Positions 19,521-28,479 of a stretch of DNA of 54,742 bases are shown piece after piece. Origin of the DNA: Chthonomonas calidirosea (GTDB lineage: Bacteria; Armatimonadota; Fimbriimonadia; Fimbriimonadales; Fimbriimonadaceae). The stretch lies in assembly GCA_945859975.1 (NCBI GenBank), contig CAMAPH010000017.1, positions 1 to 54,742 of the forward strand, given 5' to 3'. A program made the position numbers and the translations under genes. The notes below the pieces were generated by a model. It ran no database searches. It saw only the letters and a program-made list of their open reading frames with translations, and was not told the origin of the DNA. How positions within the stretch are numbered: the first letter of the stretch is position 1; each line of letters starts with the position of its first letter.

Positions 19521-21830
19521 ATGGTTAGTCTGCCTCGATTCTCTTCTTCCCCAAAGACGATCCAAAAGATTGCGCTTTTGGGTACTTGCCTTCCCCGAAA
19601 ATGTGGCATCGCCACGTTCACCGCAGACCTATCCAAGGCGCTATGCGATTTGGACCTCGGCCTAACCGTCGAGTCGATCGCAATGATCGACCGAACTGGC
19701 ATTCCGTACCCGAAAGGCGTTCGATTCCAAATTTCTGAATCTGACCTCCCGGCGTACCGAAAAACGGCCGATCTTGTGAACCAGGCCGGCTACGACATCT
19801 TGTCCGTTCAACACGAGTACGGCATCTTCGGCGGCGAAGCTGGCTCCTACTTGATGAACCTCGTGCGCGAGGTCAAAATGCCCGTCGTCACCACCCTTCA
19901 CACCGTGCTGGAGAATCCAGCTCCGGCTCAAAAGCGGGTGATGGACGAGCTACTCGGTTTATCGGAGCGGGTTGTCGTGATGAGCCAACGGGCCGTCGGA
20001 TTCCTCCACCACGTACACCAAGTCCCGCCTTGCAAAATCGACCTGATTCCGCATGGTATCCCGGTCGTTGACCTAACAACCGGCGCCAACTTCCGAGATA
20101 CTTTAGGCATCAAGGGCCCAATGATTCTGACCTTTGGTCTACTGTCGCCCGACAAGGGAATTCAGTTCATGATCCAGGCGATGGTGCCGATCCTTGCCAA
20201 GCACCCAGATGCTGTTTACGTCGTTGTCGGCGCAACCCACCCCAATATCGCCGCATCAACCGGCGAAGGGTATCGAGAAAGCTTGGTTCAGATGACGAAG
20301 GACTTGGGCATTGAGCATGGCGTTCGGTTTGTCGATCGGTTCGTCTCGTCCGAAGAACTAACGCAATACCTAGGGGCGATGGACTACTACGTCACGCCTT
20401 ACCTCAATCCGAAACAGATAACCTCGGGAACCCTGGCGTACTCTTTTGCGGCGGGCAAAGCGGTCATCTCAACTCCGTATTGCTACGCCGAAGAGCTCCT
20501 TGCCGACGGTAGGGGCGTCCTCGTGCCCTTCCGAAACTCGGAAGCCCTCGCGAACGCAATACTGCACCTTGAGGCGAATCCAGAGGAACGCTCCGGTATG
20601 GCGGGGCGCGCCGCAGAGCACGGCGCGCAGATGGGCTGGCCCAACGTTGGCATGAGATACCTGGCTAGCTTTAGTCAAGCAAAGCGGGAAAGCGCTGCTC
20701 GGCTACGGTCAATATCCGCCGCTCCCGTACCGATCTTCCGTATCACCGATACCCTGCCGCCGATCAACCTGACGCATTTGCAAGAGATCTCCGACGACAC
20801 CGGAATCATTCAACATGCAACTTTCACGACCCCAAATCGCTCCGAGGGTTACTGCGTTGACGATAACGCCAGAGCTCTGCTTCTGACCTCCCAACTTGAA
20901 GGAGTAGCGAGCCTCACGCCGGAGCAGAGCCTGCTCCAAAGTCGCTACCTCAGTTTCGTCCTCGACGCCTTCAACCAAGGAACGGGGCGATTTCGAAACT
21001 TCATGAGTTATAGTCGCGACTGGCTTGAGGCTACGGGTTCCGAAGACTCTCAGGGTCGCGCGCTCTGGTCACTTGCCGCCTGCGCCAACCGCACACAAGA
21101 CATCAGCCGCCGAGAGGTCGCAAAAGAGCTTTACGAACGCGCCGCGCCCGCACTTCTCGAGACCACCAGCCTGCGGACGTGGGCTTACGGGGTGATCGCG
21201 GCCGACGAATATCTTCAGCGCTTTCCGAAGAACGCGTCGATGATCACCTACCTTGGCAAGCTGGCCGACCGGCTAGTTCTTCAGTTTGAAAACTACGCGA
21301 CCGAACCCTGGCCATGGTTCGAGCCGAAACTGACCTACGCAAACGCGCGCATTCCGCAAGCTCTTATCATCGCGGGCGATCGCCTCGGAAACTCAAACTT
21401 GCTCGAGACTGGCCTCAAATCGCTCGCTTGGCTCATGGCGTTGCAAACGGCCGCCGGCGGCGTATTCGCCCCGATTTCCAGTAAAGGATTCTCCTTTGGC
21501 GATGAGCGCAGTTTCTTCGATCAGCAACCGATCGAAGCATGGTCGACCGTTTCCGCATGCTTAGCGGGTTACCGAGTTTCTGGCAATCCAATCTGGCTCG
21601 AAGAATCTGGCCGGGCATTTTCATGGTTCCTTGGCCGAAATCTGCTTCAGATTTCGGTTGCAGATCCAAGTTCCGGAGGATGCCACGATGGCTTGCATGT
21701 TACGCGTATCAACCGCAACCAAGGCGCCGAATCGACGCTTGCCTGGCTCTGCGCCCTCACCGAGATTCAACTAGCTCGGCAAAATCCAATCTCTTCCCCG
21801 GTCCGAAAGGAAACGTTTGAAATCAACTAA
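19521..21830 (+). CDS. GT4 glycosyltransferase fused to a C-terminal (alpha/alpha)-barrel glycosidase-like domain
   Basis: PRKCGIATFT, QHEYGIFGG, FGLLSPDKG, QITSGTLAY; C-terminal EGYC.DDNARAL, WFE..LTY.NAR, FDQQPIEA, NQGAESTLA. Confidence 0.88.
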   Translation: MVSLPRFSSSPKTIQKIALLGTCLPRKCGIATFTADLSKALCDLDLGLTVESIAMIDRTGIPYPKGVRFQISESDLPAYRKTADLVNQAGYDILSVQHEYGIFGGEAGSYLMNLVREVKMPVVTTLHTVLENPAPAQKRVMDELLGLSERVVVMSQRAVGFLHHVHQVPPCKIDLIPHGIPVVDLTTGANFRDTLGIKGPMILTFGLLSPDKGIQFMIQAMVPILAKHPDAVYVVVGATHPNIAASTGEGYRESLVQMTKDLGIEHGVRFVDRFVSSEELTQYLGAMDYYVTPYLNPKQITSGTLAYSFAAGKAVISTPYCYAEELLADGRGVLVPFRNSEALANAILHLEANPEERSGMAGRAAEHGAQMGWPNVGMRYLASFSQAKRESAARLRSISAAPVPIFRITDTLPPINLTHLQEISDDTGIIQHATFTTPNRSEGYCVDDNARALLLTSQLEGVASLTPEQSLLQSRYLSFVLDAFNQGTGRFRNFMSYSRDWLEATGSEDSQGRALWSLAACANRTQDISRREVAKELYERAAPALLETTSLRTWAYGVIAADEYLQRFPKNASMITYLGKLADRLVLQFENYATEPWPWFEPKLTYANARIPQALIIAGDRLGNSNLLETGLKSLAWLMALQTAAGGVFAPISSKGFSFGDERSFFDQQPIEAWSTVSACLAGYRVSGNPIWLEESGRAFSWFLGRNLLQISVADPSSGGCHDGLHVTRINRNQGAESTLAWLCALTEIQLARQNPISSPVRKETFEIN

Positions 21831-22806
21831 ATACTTGGAACTCTTGACCCGCAACGTCAAGAATCCTATTCTTACTGCCGCTGATTGGCCCTATCCCGTT
21901 CACACCGTCTTCAACGCCGGTGCAACGCGATTGGCTGATGGAACCACCCTTTTGCTTTGTCGAGTTGAGGACCGACGCGGAATCTCCCACTTCTGCGCCG
22001 CTCGTTCGGCCAACGGCGTTGACGGCTGGGTCATTGATCCTGAGCCAACCTTCTCCCCCGACCCGGAAAACCATCCGGAAGAAATGTGGGGCATCGAAGA
22101 CCCGCGCATCACGTTCATGCCGGATTCCGGCGAGTATCTCATTGCGTACACCGCCTTCGGAAAATCCGGCCCGGGCGTTGCCATCGCCTCGACCAAGGAC
22201 TTCAAGACTTTCGAGCGATTTGGTCTCGTGATGCAAGCCGACGACAAAGACGCGGCCATCTTCCCGTGCAAATTCAACGGCGAGTACGCGCTAATCCATC
22301 GCCCGACCACGGAAATGGGATCGAACATGTGGATTTCGTTCTCCCCGGATTTGCGTAACTGGGGCGGGCACGTGGTCCTGCTTCCGGCACGTCGCGGTGC
22401 CTGGTGGGATGCCAACAAGATTGGACTTTCACCACCGCCAATCCGTACAGACAAGGGCTGGCTGGTGGTTTACCATGGCGTTCGGCGCCATGCCTCAGGT
22501 TCCATTTATCGACTCGGTCTGGCCTTGTTCGAGCTTGACCATCCCGAAATCTGCATCAGCCGCGGCTCAGAATGGATCTTCGGGCCGGAGGCACCGTACG
22601 AAAAGGACGGTGACGTACCGAACGCCATCTTCCCTTGCGGATACACCGTAGAGCCCGATAACGATACGGTGAACTTCTATTACGGTGCCGCAGACACCGT
22701 CGTTTGTCTCGCGACGGCAAGCATCAAACAGCTGCTCGAATACCTTGAAGTGAACGGCTCAACCGACCTTCTCGGCATCGCGGGACAAGTCGCCGAGCGC
22801 TCCTAG
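21817..22806 (+). CDS. GH130 family glycosidase/mannoside phosphorylase
   Basis: NPIL, VFNAGA, GIEDPRIT, DDKDAAIFP, HRP, PPPI.T..GWL..YHGV, GDVPN..FPCG, YYGAADT; TTG start. Confidence 0.9.
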   Translation: MKSTKYLELLTRNVKNPILTAADWPYPVHTVFNAGATRLADGTTLLLCRVEDRRGISHFCAARSANGVDGWVIDPEPTFSPDPENHPEEMWGIEDPRITFMPDSGEYLIAYTAFGKSGPGVAIASTKDFKTFERFGLVMQADDKDAAIFPCKFNGEYALIHRPTTEMGSNMWISFSPDLRNWGGHVVLLPARRGAWWDANKIGLSPPPIRTDKGWLVVYHGVRRHASGSIYRLGLALFELDHPEICISRGSEWIFGPEAPYEKDGDVPNAIFPCGYTVEPDNDTVNFYYGAADTVVCLATASIKQLLEYLEVNGSTDLLGIAGQVAERS

Positions 22807-22825
22807 CTCCAGTTTAGGTTCAACT

Positions 22826-22862
22826 AGTCCCGTCCGAAATTATTCGGGCGGGACTTTTTTTT
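22826..22862 (+). terminator. Rho-independent terminator
   Basis: AGTCCCGTCCGAA-atta-TTCGGGCGGGACT followed by a T-run. Confidence 0.85.
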
Positions 22863-22869
22863 GCGTGGG

Positions 22870-22924
22870 TTGACAAACTTAGAGTAAATACTCTAATATC
22901 AATTCGTTAGAGCAAATGCTCTAA
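22870..22924 (+). promoter_or_regulatory. Promoter with two palindromic TetR operators
   Basis: TTGACA 22870-75 and TAATAT 22894-99; operators TTAGAGTA-aa-TACTCTAA (22879-96) and TTAGAGCA-aa-TGCTCTAA (22907-24). Confidence 0.85.
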
Positions 22925-22934
22925 ACTGATCGAC

Positions 22935-23555
22935 ATGAAGCGAACTGAATCGACCCGACAGCGAATCTTGGACTCTGCCCTGCAGTTGTTCAATGCGAGC
23001 GGCACGGCGTCCGTTTCAACCAACCACGTTGCCGCAGAAGCCGGACTCTCCGTCGGGAATCTGTACTACCACTACAAAAGCAAGCAGCAAATCATCCGAG
23101 CGCTGTTCGACCAGAACGAGGCTGAAGTCCTCTCCGCCCTTGCGCCGCCATCCGACCGCCCCCTCAACATCGACGATCTTGAGTTGATGATGAAGGCGAA
23201 CTTCCAAATCCTCTGGAAATACCGCTTCCTCTATCGCGAACTTGTCGCCTTGCTGATCGAAGATCCCGAACTTGCCACCAGCTTTCGAGACCTTCGACAT
23301 CGCGGGTTCAGCAACTTCGAACGACTACTGCAGTTCTTCGCCGCATCGGGCGTGCTTCGGCCGATTGAGGACCCAGAAGAACTCTCGAGGCTCACTCACC
23401 TTTGCTGGCTCATCAGCGAGTTCTACATCTCGTACGTCGAATCTGGTCTTGGCCTTCTTCAAACCGTTGAGGGTGAAGGCTGGCAAGAAAAGGGGCTCGC
23501 GCTCCTTTGGCACGTGATTGAGCCTTACCGACCGCCCCATCCCGAAAGTCCATGA
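22935..23555 (+). CDS. TetR/AcrR family transcriptional regulator
   Basis: TRQRILDSALQLFN..G...STNHVA...GLSVGNLYYHYKSK; WKYRFLYREL. Confidence 0.93.
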   Translation: MKRTESTRQRILDSALQLFNASGTASVSTNHVAAEAGLSVGNLYYHYKSKQQIIRALFDQNEAEVLSALAPPSDRPLNIDDLELMMKANFQILWKYRFLYRELVALLIEDPELATSFRDLRHRGFSNFERLLQFFAASGVLRPIEDPEELSRLTHLCWLISEFYISYVESGLGLLQTVEGEGWQEKGLALLWHVIEPYRPPHPESP

Positions 23556-24196
23556 CCGCTACTGCCCCTCATCCCTTGCACCGCGTAGGCATTGCCGCCG
23601 TGCCCGTCATCTTCACCGTGGCCTTTAGTCTTTTGGGCTCACGATTCGACTATCCAAATATTCTCCGCGCCCCAAGCGCCGACATCCTCGTTCGGTTCGC
23701 TGGCAGCGAATCCACCCTCCTTCCTCTTTGGTGGTCAATGCTCGCTTCAGCCCTCCTGTTCATTCCCGTCAGCTTTGGCATCAGCAAGCAGAGCGGAGCA
23801 AGCGAGTTGGCCGGGATCTTTGGCGCCCTTGCCGGAATCGTTCAAGCGCTTGGACTGTCCCGCTGGCTGTTCATCGTCCCTGCTTTGGCTCACCAGTACC
23901 AAGACTCTCCGGCCACCCGGGCGCAGACGGTCCAGCTCTTTGAATTATTTCATCAATGGCTCGGCGTGGGCATCGGGGAGTGGTTCGGATACCTTTTCAC
24001 CGGTCTGTGGACGTTGATGATTGTCCATGCCCTCTGGGACAAGGCTCGCATCCTCGCCATCATCGGCCTGGTCTCTGGCCTTGGCATTCTCGTTGGCCTT
24101 CTCGAAGTCTTTAACTTCCCTGCGGCAGGCGCTGTGAACGCAGTTGCCTACCTCGTCTGGTCACTCTGGCTGATCGCACTCGCTTTCCGCCGCTAA
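23552..24196 (+). CDS. DUF4386-like multi-pass membrane protein
   Basis: FDYPNILR.P..IL..F, QALGL.RW...VP.LA, GVGIGE..GYLFTG.WT; ATGA overlap with tetR. Confidence 0.7.
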   Translation: MTATAPHPLHRVGIAAVPVIFTVAFSLLGSRFDYPNILRAPSADILVRFAGSESTLLPLWWSMLASALLFIPVSFGISKQSGASELAGIFGALAGIVQALGLSRWLFIVPALAHQYQDSPATRAQTVQLFELFHQWLGVGIGEWFGYLFTGLWTLMIVHALWDKARILAIIGLVSGLGILVGLLEVFNFPAAGAVNAVAYLVWSLWLIALAFRR

Positions 24197-24221
24197 CCGT
24201 TCATCCCCCCAAAAACCGATC

Positions 24222-24677
24222 ATGAAGAAAGTATACATTCTCGCCGTCGCATTCGTTGCCCTTACTACTCATATTGCGCTTGCCCAAGAAGCATCCGACA
24301 AAACGCTTTACCTGCACGGGTTCCGATCCCCTTCGATTGGTTTGGAGTATCGATCCGGTTCGGTTGGCGTCCACGCGGGTCTTTACACAACCATTCTCGG
24401 AAAGGGCGAGAAGTCGACCGAATTCGTAAAGGTTGGCGCGACCGGCTACTGGAAAGGCTTCTTAGGTCCACGCTTCGAATCGTTCGGCGGCGTCTCCTAC
24501 GTCCGCGGCCAAAACCGCGAGTACCGAAAGAAGGACGGCCTGTTCATCGAGCAAGGCTTTGTCTACGATCTTGGTAAGAACTTCGAATTCCGACTGGGAA
24601 CGGGCATCTTGCTGGCGAAGGGGTTCAAAGCCAAATTCAACCCAACCGTAGGCTTCAGCTACCGTTTCAAAATGTAA
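24222..24677 (+). CDS. Secreted, probable small outer-membrane beta-barrel protein
   Basis: Signal peptide ending ALA-Q, alternating amphipathic strands, C-terminal VGFSYRF. Confidence 0.6.
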   Translation: MKKVYILAVAFVALTTHIALAQEASDKTLYLHGFRSPSIGLEYRSGSVGVHAGLYTTILGKGEKSTEFVKVGATGYWKGFLGPRFESFGGVSYVRGQNREYRKKDGLFIEQGFVYDLGKNFEFRLGTGILLAKGFKAKFNPTVGFSYRFKM

Positions 24678-24787
24678 GTCGCCGACTTGGCCCTCACTTC
24701 TCAATCGAGCTTGGGGGCCACACATCGTCTGTGGTCCTAGTTTCTTCCGACTAGCTCAACCCCAAATCGCGTACATTCGTTGGACGC

Positions 24788-25870
24788 GTGGAAATGACAA
24801 ACCAATTCCGAAACTGGATGTTCATCGCGATGGTGGGCGTGGTCGCCTACCTTGCCGCCTCGGTGATGCAGCCGTTTGTCTCTGCACTGCTATGGGCGTC
24901 TGCCCTCACCATCCTCACCGCCCCGCTTTACGAAAAGGTACGTAATGGTTGCGAGCGAGGAAGATTCAAAAAGAGCGCAGAGACCATCGCCGGTCTTGTG
25001 GCCTGCCTCGTGACAATCCTTGTTTTTGTCCTTCCGTTTGTCATTGTTCTGCTTGGTATCAGTCCGCAAGCAGAGGGTGTTGGTGCAACCGACGGGTCTT
25101 CCAGAAGTATCGAGCGCACCCTACAAAACCTTGACCAACAGCTTGCCTCGGTTAAGGCCAGCGTCGGGGCCAGTTCCTTTTCGCTCGAACGAACGTGGCA
25201 AGAGAACCAGAAGGAGATCGTGAGCGGCTTGCAAGCCCCGCTTGTCGGGGTGCTGAAGAGCCTTGGCGTGACACTGTTTAGCCTCGGCATCGCCATCTTG
25301 GCCCAGTTCTTTTTGCTCCGTGACGGCTGGAAACTCAAGGAGGGAGCCCTCGACTTGATTCCGCTCGAACACACTCAGACCGAGCGCCTGCTGCAGCGTT
25401 TGACCGATACGGTTTGGGCGGTGTTCTACGGGACGGTGCTCGTGGCGATGCTGCAAGGCGGCCTCATCGGTGCCGCGTACGCCTACGTCGGCTTGCCCAA
25501 TTGGCTTCTTCTGACCGTGCTCTCTGCGGTGATGGCCATCATTCCGCTCCTCGGCGCACCCGTGGTGTATTTCCCGGTCGCGTTCCTGTTGCTCTTCCAA
25601 GGCAAAACCCAAGAGGCACTGATCATTCTCGGCTTTGGCACGATGTTCGTCAGCAACATCGACAATGTCATCAAGCCGTTCCTTATCGGTGGACGGTCGA
25701 ACCTGCACCCATTGCCGATCTTCTTCTCGATCCTTGGCGGCGTTTTCTTCTTCGGACCGATCGGCGTCATCTCTGGCCCGATGTTGCTCACCATCACCTT
25801 GGTGGTCATTGAGGCGCTCCGAGAGAAGACCAAGCTGCCCGACGCACCAGAAACCGCCGCATCCGAGTAG
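24788..25870 (+). CDS. AI-2E family transporter
   Basis: FFLLRDG, VA.LQG, IP.LGA, DNVIKP.LIG, HPL.IFFSILGG..FG..G...GP. Confidence 0.9.
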   Translation: MEMTNQFRNWMFIAMVGVVAYLAASVMQPFVSALLWASALTILTAPLYEKVRNGCERGRFKKSAETIAGLVACLVTILVFVLPFVIVLLGISPQAEGVGATDGSSRSIERTLQNLDQQLASVKASVGASSFSLERTWQENQKEIVSGLQAPLVGVLKSLGVTLFSLGIAILAQFFLLRDGWKLKEGALDLIPLEHTQTERLLQRLTDTVWAVFYGTVLVAMLQGGLIGAAYAYVGLPNWLLLTVLSAVMAIIPLLGAPVVYFPVAFLLLFQGKTQEALIILGFGTMFVSNIDNVIKPFLIGGRSNLHPLPIFFSILGGVFFFGPIGVISGPMLLTITLVVIEALREKTKLPDAPETAASE

Positions 25871-25880
25871 GATTCGCGGC

Positions 25881-26753
25881 ATGACAACATTTCTTGGCAC
25901 ATGGGAAACCCCGGGCAAACCGGCGGTTGAGACGGCATGGCGCGCTTTCCAGGGCGGGGCAAATCTTCGGGAGTGCATCGAACAAGGTCTCGCCGTCTGC
26001 GAGATGGACCCGACCTTCCTCGCCATCGGCCTTGGCTCGCTGCCAAACTCCGATGGCGAGATCGAGCTTGATGCCGCCATGATGGACGGCGAGAACCTCG
26101 AGTGCGGCGGCGTTTGCTCCGTCCGAGGAATCGTGCCGGTCATCTCCGTCGCCAAGAAAGTGCTGGAAGAAACTCCGCACAATCTCCTTGCCGGTGAGCA
26201 GGCGCGTCGATTCGCGATCTCGAAAGGCTTCACCCCTCGGAACTTGGTGACCGAAGAGATTGCCCGACAATACGAAAAGTGGCGGGCAGGCGTGTTTCCC
26301 GACGAGTACATGCACTCCACCTCAGATCTTCATGGCGATACCGTGACCATGCTTGGGCTCAACGACGGTCACTGCGTCGCTGCCAGCAGCACAAGCGGCC
26401 TCGCCTGGAAGCTCCCCGGCCGCGTGGGCGACTCCCCGATCTTTGGGGCTGGACTTTACGCCGATGACGAAATCGGCTGCGCCGGCGCCACCGGCCTTGG
26501 CGAAGAACTTTGGAAAGCCATGGCCTCCTACCGCGCCACTCGCAACATGGAAGCCGGCATGACCGCCCAAGAAGCCTGCGACGAAGTGATCCAGCACATG
26601 ATCCGCCGCCTCCCTAACGCCTGCGTTATGAGCTGCGTGGTCCTTGCCCTACGAAAAGACGGCGACTTCGGCGCGGCCATCACGACCGGCAAGTTCGACC
26701 TTTGGGTTTGCCAAGATGGCGCAGTTTCAACGCACGCATTTGAACCTAAATAA
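25881..26753 (+). CDS. N4-(beta-N-acetylglucosaminyl)-L-asparaginase / isoaspartyl peptidase (Ntn hydrolase)
   Basis: ELDAAMMDG, HGDT autocleavage site, STSGLAWKLPGRVGDSPI.GAG, ATG.GE; ATG 25881 chosen over 25635. Confidence 0.9.
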   Translation: MTTFLGTWETPGKPAVETAWRAFQGGANLRECIEQGLAVCEMDPTFLAIGLGSLPNSDGEIELDAAMMDGENLECGGVCSVRGIVPVISVAKKVLEETPHNLLAGEQARRFAISKGFTPRNLVTEEIARQYEKWRAGVFPDEYMHSTSDLHGDTVTMLGLNDGHCVAASSTSGLAWKLPGRVGDSPIFGAGLYADDEIGCAGATGLGEELWKAMASYRATRNMEAGMTAQEACDEVIQHMIRRLPNACVMSCVVLALRKDGDFGAAITTGKFDLWVCQDGAVSTHAFEPK

Positions 26754-26768
26754 GACAGGATCGCTCCC

Positions 26769-27605
26769 ATGCTTGGAAACCTACGTCGCCGCGCGCTTGA
26801 ACAAAAATTAAAGGGCATCTTCCGGTTCAGAAGAGACCGCAACGGGCTGACGCAAGAAGAAATTTACGAAGGCATCAATAGCGGAAAGTTCCTGATCAGC
26901 ACGCTTTCGTTTGCGTTCGGATTTGCTGTGATGACCAACTGCCTCACGAGCATGTACCCATTCTTCGCGCTTCAAGAAGAAGGATGGGTGCGGTCTTCGC
27001 GCGGCGCTGCCTTCGGCGCTGTCTGGTGTCTCGTAACGATCTTCTTCACAAATCGTGAGCTCAAGAAAATCAAAGCACGGCGACTCGATGATCAGATCAC
27101 CGGCCTAATTGTTCTGTCTCGATACGCGACCGAAACCGTAGCCGCGCTAACTCAAACGAGCCAAATCTTGCGCTGCGTTCGTGTGATCGATACCGAAAGT
27201 AGCCGGCCAAACTACGTGGCGAGCAATCAAAATGAGTCCGTTCAAAGGCAACTCGACGAACTCGAGGGTTTAGCCATAAACGACCGGATCGCGGTTGATC
27301 GGGATAGCCCGGACGACATCATTACCGCTATCTTTCACACGCTGGTTGAATTCGAATCACGTGGCGTGTTGCGCAGATCGACCGTGCTGGATGTGACCGA
27401 CGTCCCTGGGGACATCTTTGCCCGCCTTGTTCAAGAGTACGGCTCACACATCAAGGCATTTCAGGTCATTCCAAAGCGCCTTTCGGCATCTGGAAAGCAA
27501 AAGCTGGGCACGATGACGGCGTTTAGCGACGCCGACTATGAAACGTTGGCACCTGTTCGATTCCGAACCACCGACATCCGCGTTGACTGGCCACTTAATA
27601 CCTAG
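26769..27605 (+). CDS. Hypothetical 2-TM membrane protein with CARF-like (Cam1-like) C-terminal domain
   Basis: Two hydrophobic helices, then GLIVLS...LRCVRVIDTESS...VD.DSPDDI...GV....VLDVTDVPG...FQVI; fold call by eye. Confidence 0.55.
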   Translation: MLGNLRRRALEQKLKGIFRFRRDRNGLTQEEIYEGINSGKFLISTLSFAFGFAVMTNCLTSMYPFFALQEEGWVRSSRGAAFGAVWCLVTIFFTNRELKKIKARRLDDQITGLIVLSRYATETVAALTQTSQILRCVRVIDTESSRPNYVASNQNESVQRQLDELEGLAINDRIAVDRDSPDDIITAIFHTLVEFESRGVLRRSTVLDVTDVPGDIFARLVQEYGSHIKAFQVIPKRLSASGKQKLGTMTAFSDADYETLAPVRFRTTDIRVDWPLNT

Positions 27606-27693
27606 GTCGGCACCCACTTCGTTCTGTGTGGATGCATCACGCCGGGGCCAAACATATTACAATCGGGTAATACCTAGGTACGGCAACGGAGCC

Positions 27694-28479
27694 GTGAGCG
27701 TGATATTGGTGACAGCACCGCAAAACCTAAAAGAATCGATCTACCGCACCATCGCACAGCATCGGCTCGGCATGTTTACCGCCGACGTTTGCGATGCCCT
27801 CAAAAAAACAAGCCAAGACCTGGGCAGCAGTTTTGAAGCCCTCCTCGCCGAGGGTCGGCTTCATAGCTTTGCCGGATTCTGGATGGTTCCGGAGACCTTC
27901 GACAAAGCCGCCGAAAGGTTCTTGGACGAACTGCGTCGCCAGCAATCCGCCGACCTACGCGTCGTGTATTTTGACGCCGAGGCCATTGCAAAAGCCGTCG
28001 ATTTGCCGTGGCACGGAAAGCCCTTGCAGCGCATCGTCAGCCTGCTAGAAAGCCGAGGCGCGCTCCGAATCGATCTACTTCACATCCGACTCACCGACTT
28101 GACCCTAGAACTCACGCCACGGCAAGTCGATCTTCTGGCGCGGGCCATGCCTTTCGTGAAGCAGAATCCCGTCAACGTCTTAAGCCCGGCAGAAATCGCC
28201 CGCGCGCTTGTGGTTCCGATTCCGGCCATCTCCGAAATCCTTCGCTTAGGCACATTCGCGGACCAAACGATTGAGGTCACGGAGCAGATGTACTACTCGC
28301 CAGAGCAGATCGAGGCGATTCAACAAACGATGCGTGAGGCGTTTGGAAAGCGGGAATTCACCGCGAGCGAAGCGCGTCAGGCCCTGGGCACGAGCCGAAA
28401 GTACATCATTCCGATTCTCGAGTACCTCGATGCCAGCGGATTTACCAAACGAAGTGAAGACCTAAGGACAATTGCTTAG
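27694..28479 (+). CDS. Stand-alone SelB C-terminal winged-helix (SECIS-binding) domain protein
   Basis: FTASEARQALGTSRKYIIPILEYLD..GFTKR.EDLR matches the SelB WH4 motif; no GTPase domain; start uncertain (GTG 27694). Confidence 0.8.
   Translation: MSVILVTAPQNLKESIYRTIAQHRLGMFTADVCDALKKTSQDLGSSFEALLAEGRLHSFAGFWMVPETFDKAAERFLDELRRQQSADLRVVYFDAEAIAKAVDLPWHGKPLQRIVSLLESRGALRIDLLHIRLTDLTLELTPRQVDLLARAMPFVKQNPVNVLSPAEIARALVVPIPAISEILRLGTFADQTIEVTEQMYYSPEQIEAIQQTMREAFGKREFTASEARQALGTSRKYIIPILEYLDASGFTKRSEDLRTIA

Noticed and set aside
25635..25880. Long N-terminal extension of the asparaginase in the ORF track (likewise aroQ to 30954, GT4 to 32281, lipoprotein from 43198, YqgF from 2835)
   Set aside because: Overlap neighbouring genes; family homology and promoter signals start at the downstream codon
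25121..26320. 399-aa minus-strand ORF
   Set aside because: Antisense shadow of the AI-2E and asparaginase genes; no motifs; expected in GC-rich DNA
26769..28479. Selenoprotein or frameshifted full-length selB spanning both ORFs
   Set aside because: Upstream ORF has no GTPase motifs, ends in TAG in another frame, and no UGA+SECIS arrangement was evident
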